A stretch of 64,000 bases of DNA from contig CAWHEU010000018.1 in assembly GCA_963828465.1 (NCBI GenBank), forward strand, positions 224,001 to 288,000, in the 5' to 3' direction. Every line of letters starts with the position of its first letter. Positions within the stretch are counted from its first letter, which is position 1. Below are positions 61,655 through 64,000 of the stretch, in pieces. The position numbers were made by a program, and so were the translations under genes. The stretch comes from an uncultured Acidobacteriota bacterium. Lineage in GTDB: Bacteria; Actinomycetota; Acidimicrobiia; Spongiisociales; ZC4RG35. The notes under the pieces are model-generated. The model was not told where the DNA came from. It saw only the letters and a program-made list of their open reading frames with translations, and searched no databases.

Positions 61655-64000
61655 GTGACAGCGACCTCCGACGAGGCCCTACGGGCGGACATCAGACGCC
61701 TCGGCAACCAGCTCGGCGACGCCCTGGTCCGCCAGCATGGCCCCGAGCTCCTCGATCTGGTCGAAGAGGTGAGAGCTCTCGGCAAGTCATCCCGCCGGGG
61801 TGGTAGCACCGAGGCGGCGGGCCAACTCGACAACCGGCTCGCAGATCTGGAAATCGACGAGGTGATCCCGCTGGTCAGGGCGTTCACCACCTATTTCTAC
61901 CTGGCCAACGTCGCCGAGCAGGTCCACCGGATCGACCAATTGGCCATCGCCGAGCTTGGCTTGGCCGCCACCGTCGACCGCGTCCTCGAGGCGGGCGTGG
62001 AGCCCGATGTGCTGACAGAGGTCCTGCAACGCCTCGAGATGAGGCCGGTGTTCACTGCACATCCCACTGAGGCGGCTCGACGTTCGATTCTGACCAAGAC
62101 CGCCCGTCTAGCCGAGCTCATCGGGCAACGGCTGACCGCCGGAGACTCCGATCTGGCCCTCATCGATCGCCGCACCGCGGAACTGATCGATCAGATATGG
62201 CAAACCGACGAGTTGCGGCTCGAGAAGCCCAACCCGGTGGAGGAGGCGCGCTCGGCCCTTTACTACCTGGTCCAGATCGCCGTCCGAGGTCATGCCCGCT
62301 CTCAGCGAGAGGGTAGAGCTCGAGATCTCTCGGCTCGGAGTCGTTCCCGACAGGAGCCCGATACGGTTCGGGTCATGGGTCGGCGGCGACCGCGATGGGA
62401 ACCCCGGCGTGAAACCGGACACCACGTTGGAGACCCTTCTCCTCCAGCACGATCGCGGGATCCGCCACCTGATCGGTCTGATCGAAGGTCTCGCCGACGA
62501 GCTTTCTGTGTCCGAGCGTCTGGCGCCGATGAGCGACGAGTTGGAGGCGTCGCTGGCATCTGACCGCGAGATGCTGCCCGAGGTCTGGCAGCGCGAAGGG
62601 AGACGCACGGCCGCCGAGCCATATCGTCTCAAGTGCTCCTACATCCGGGCCCGACTTGTCAACACCAACCGGCGCCTACAGCAGGGCCTCCCCCATATCG
62701 AAGGCATCGACTACGCCCATCCCGACGATCTCGTCGCCGACCTCGACCTCATGGCCTCCTCCCTCTCCCACGCTCGCGGCGAGCTGATCGCCCACGGCGC
62801 CGTAGCGCGAATGCGCAGGGCGGCTGAGACGTTCGGCTTTCAGATGGCCACCCTCGATGTGCGTGAGCACGCGAGCAAACATCACGAGGCACTCGCCGAA
62901 TTGTTCGGCCTGGTCGGTGTCGACTACCGGGCAATGTCGCACGATCAGCGCTCAGAAGTGCTGTCAGCCGAGCTCGAAGGCACCCGTCCCCTGAGCGGTC
63001 TGACCACGACTCTCAGCCCAGAGGCAGACCTAACCCTCGGCGCGTTCCGTTCTATCCGGGAGGCCCAGGACCTCTATGGAGATCAGGTCATCGAGTCGTA
63101 CATCATCTCGATGACCGAGAGCCCGGCCGACGTCCTCGAGACGGCAGTTCTGGCCCGGGAGGCCGGTCTGATCGACCTACGTCGAGGCATCGCCCGCATA
63201 GGTCTGGTGCCCCTGGTAGAGACGATCGACGACCTCCGCAACGCCGGCGGGCTCCTGGAGGCTCTTTTCAACGATCCCCCGTACCGACAGATCCTCGAGC
63301 TCCGGGAGAACAGCCAGGAGGTAGTGCTCGGCTACTCCGATTCCAACAAGGAGGGCGGGATAACCACCTCGCAGTGGGAGATCTACAAGGCCCAGAGGTC
63401 GATGCGGAACGCCGCCGAGCGACACGGAGTACATCTGCGGCTGTTCCATGGCCGGGGCGGCACCATCGGCCGCGGAGGTGGGCCTACCCACGCTGCCATC
63501 CTCGCCCAGCCTTTCGGCACCGTGGACGGTGAATTGAAGGTCACCGAGCAAGGCGAGGTGATCTCGGAGAAGTATGGACACCCGGCCATCGCTGCCCGCA
63601 ACCTGGAGCTGGCACTCTCCGCGGTCCTGGAGTCGTCCCTGCTCCATCGGCGCTCACGCAAGCCCAAGGAGACCCTCGACCGGTGGACCGAGGCGATGGA
63701 CTTCTTCTCCGCCGAGGCCTACTCGTCCTACCGCGAGTTCGTCCAACATCCCAGCCTGGTCCCCTACTTTCTCAGCTCCACCCCCGTGGAGGAGCTGGGC
63801 CGCCTCAACTTGGGGAGCCGACCCTCCCGCCGTCCTGGTGGGGTCGGGGGGATAGAGGATCTTCGGGCCATCCCCTGGGTGTTCGGCTGGACGCAGACCC
63901 GTCAGATCGTCCCGGGTTGGTTTGGGGTCGGGACGGGGATCCGGGCAGCGAGAAAGGCCGGATTCGGCGATGTCCTGGACGAGATGGCACGGGAGTGGGG
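61655..64000 (+). CDS. ppc: Phosphoenolpyruvate carboxylase (partial; frameshift near 62282)
   Basis: VFTAHPTE, FGSWVGGDRDGNP, LGYSDSNKEGG, FHGRGGTIGRGG and LRAIPWVFGWTQ motifs. Confidence 0.96.

Overview
A high-GC window from an actinobacterium; gene content and order suggest Acidimicrobiia, which is an inference. Bases 1-41 kb are mostly the conserved minus-strand housekeeping backbone: ffh-rpsP-khpA-rimM-trmD-rplS-lepB-DUF2469-yraN, comM-dprA-xerC-whiG/fliA, rpsB-tsf-pyrH-frr-cdsA-dxr-rseP-ispG-proS, and rimP-nusA-infB-rbfA-nrnA-truB-ribF-proBA-rpsO-pnp, with a few inserted accessory genes. Bases 44.1-61.6 kb hold an aerobic carbon monoxide dehydrogenase cluster: coxMSL with the form I active-site motif AYRCSFR, a CoxF/XdhC protein fused to a His-rich linker and YHS domain, coxG, two CoxD/CoxE pairs and further XdhC genes. 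ppc follows it. The most striking unexplained element is a run of five small, tightly packed ORFs directly after coxG and before the operon terminator (49820-51281). Each has one transmembrane helix followed by a heptad coiled coil in a shared register. They are a candidate hetero-oligomeric membrane stalk or quinone conduit for CO dehydrogenase. The cluster also has several orphan ORFs and a tandem-duplicated ECF sigma/anti-sigma module with a conserved bipartite upstream motif. About eleven genes carry 1-bp frameshifts that look like long-read assembly errors rather than pseudogenes.
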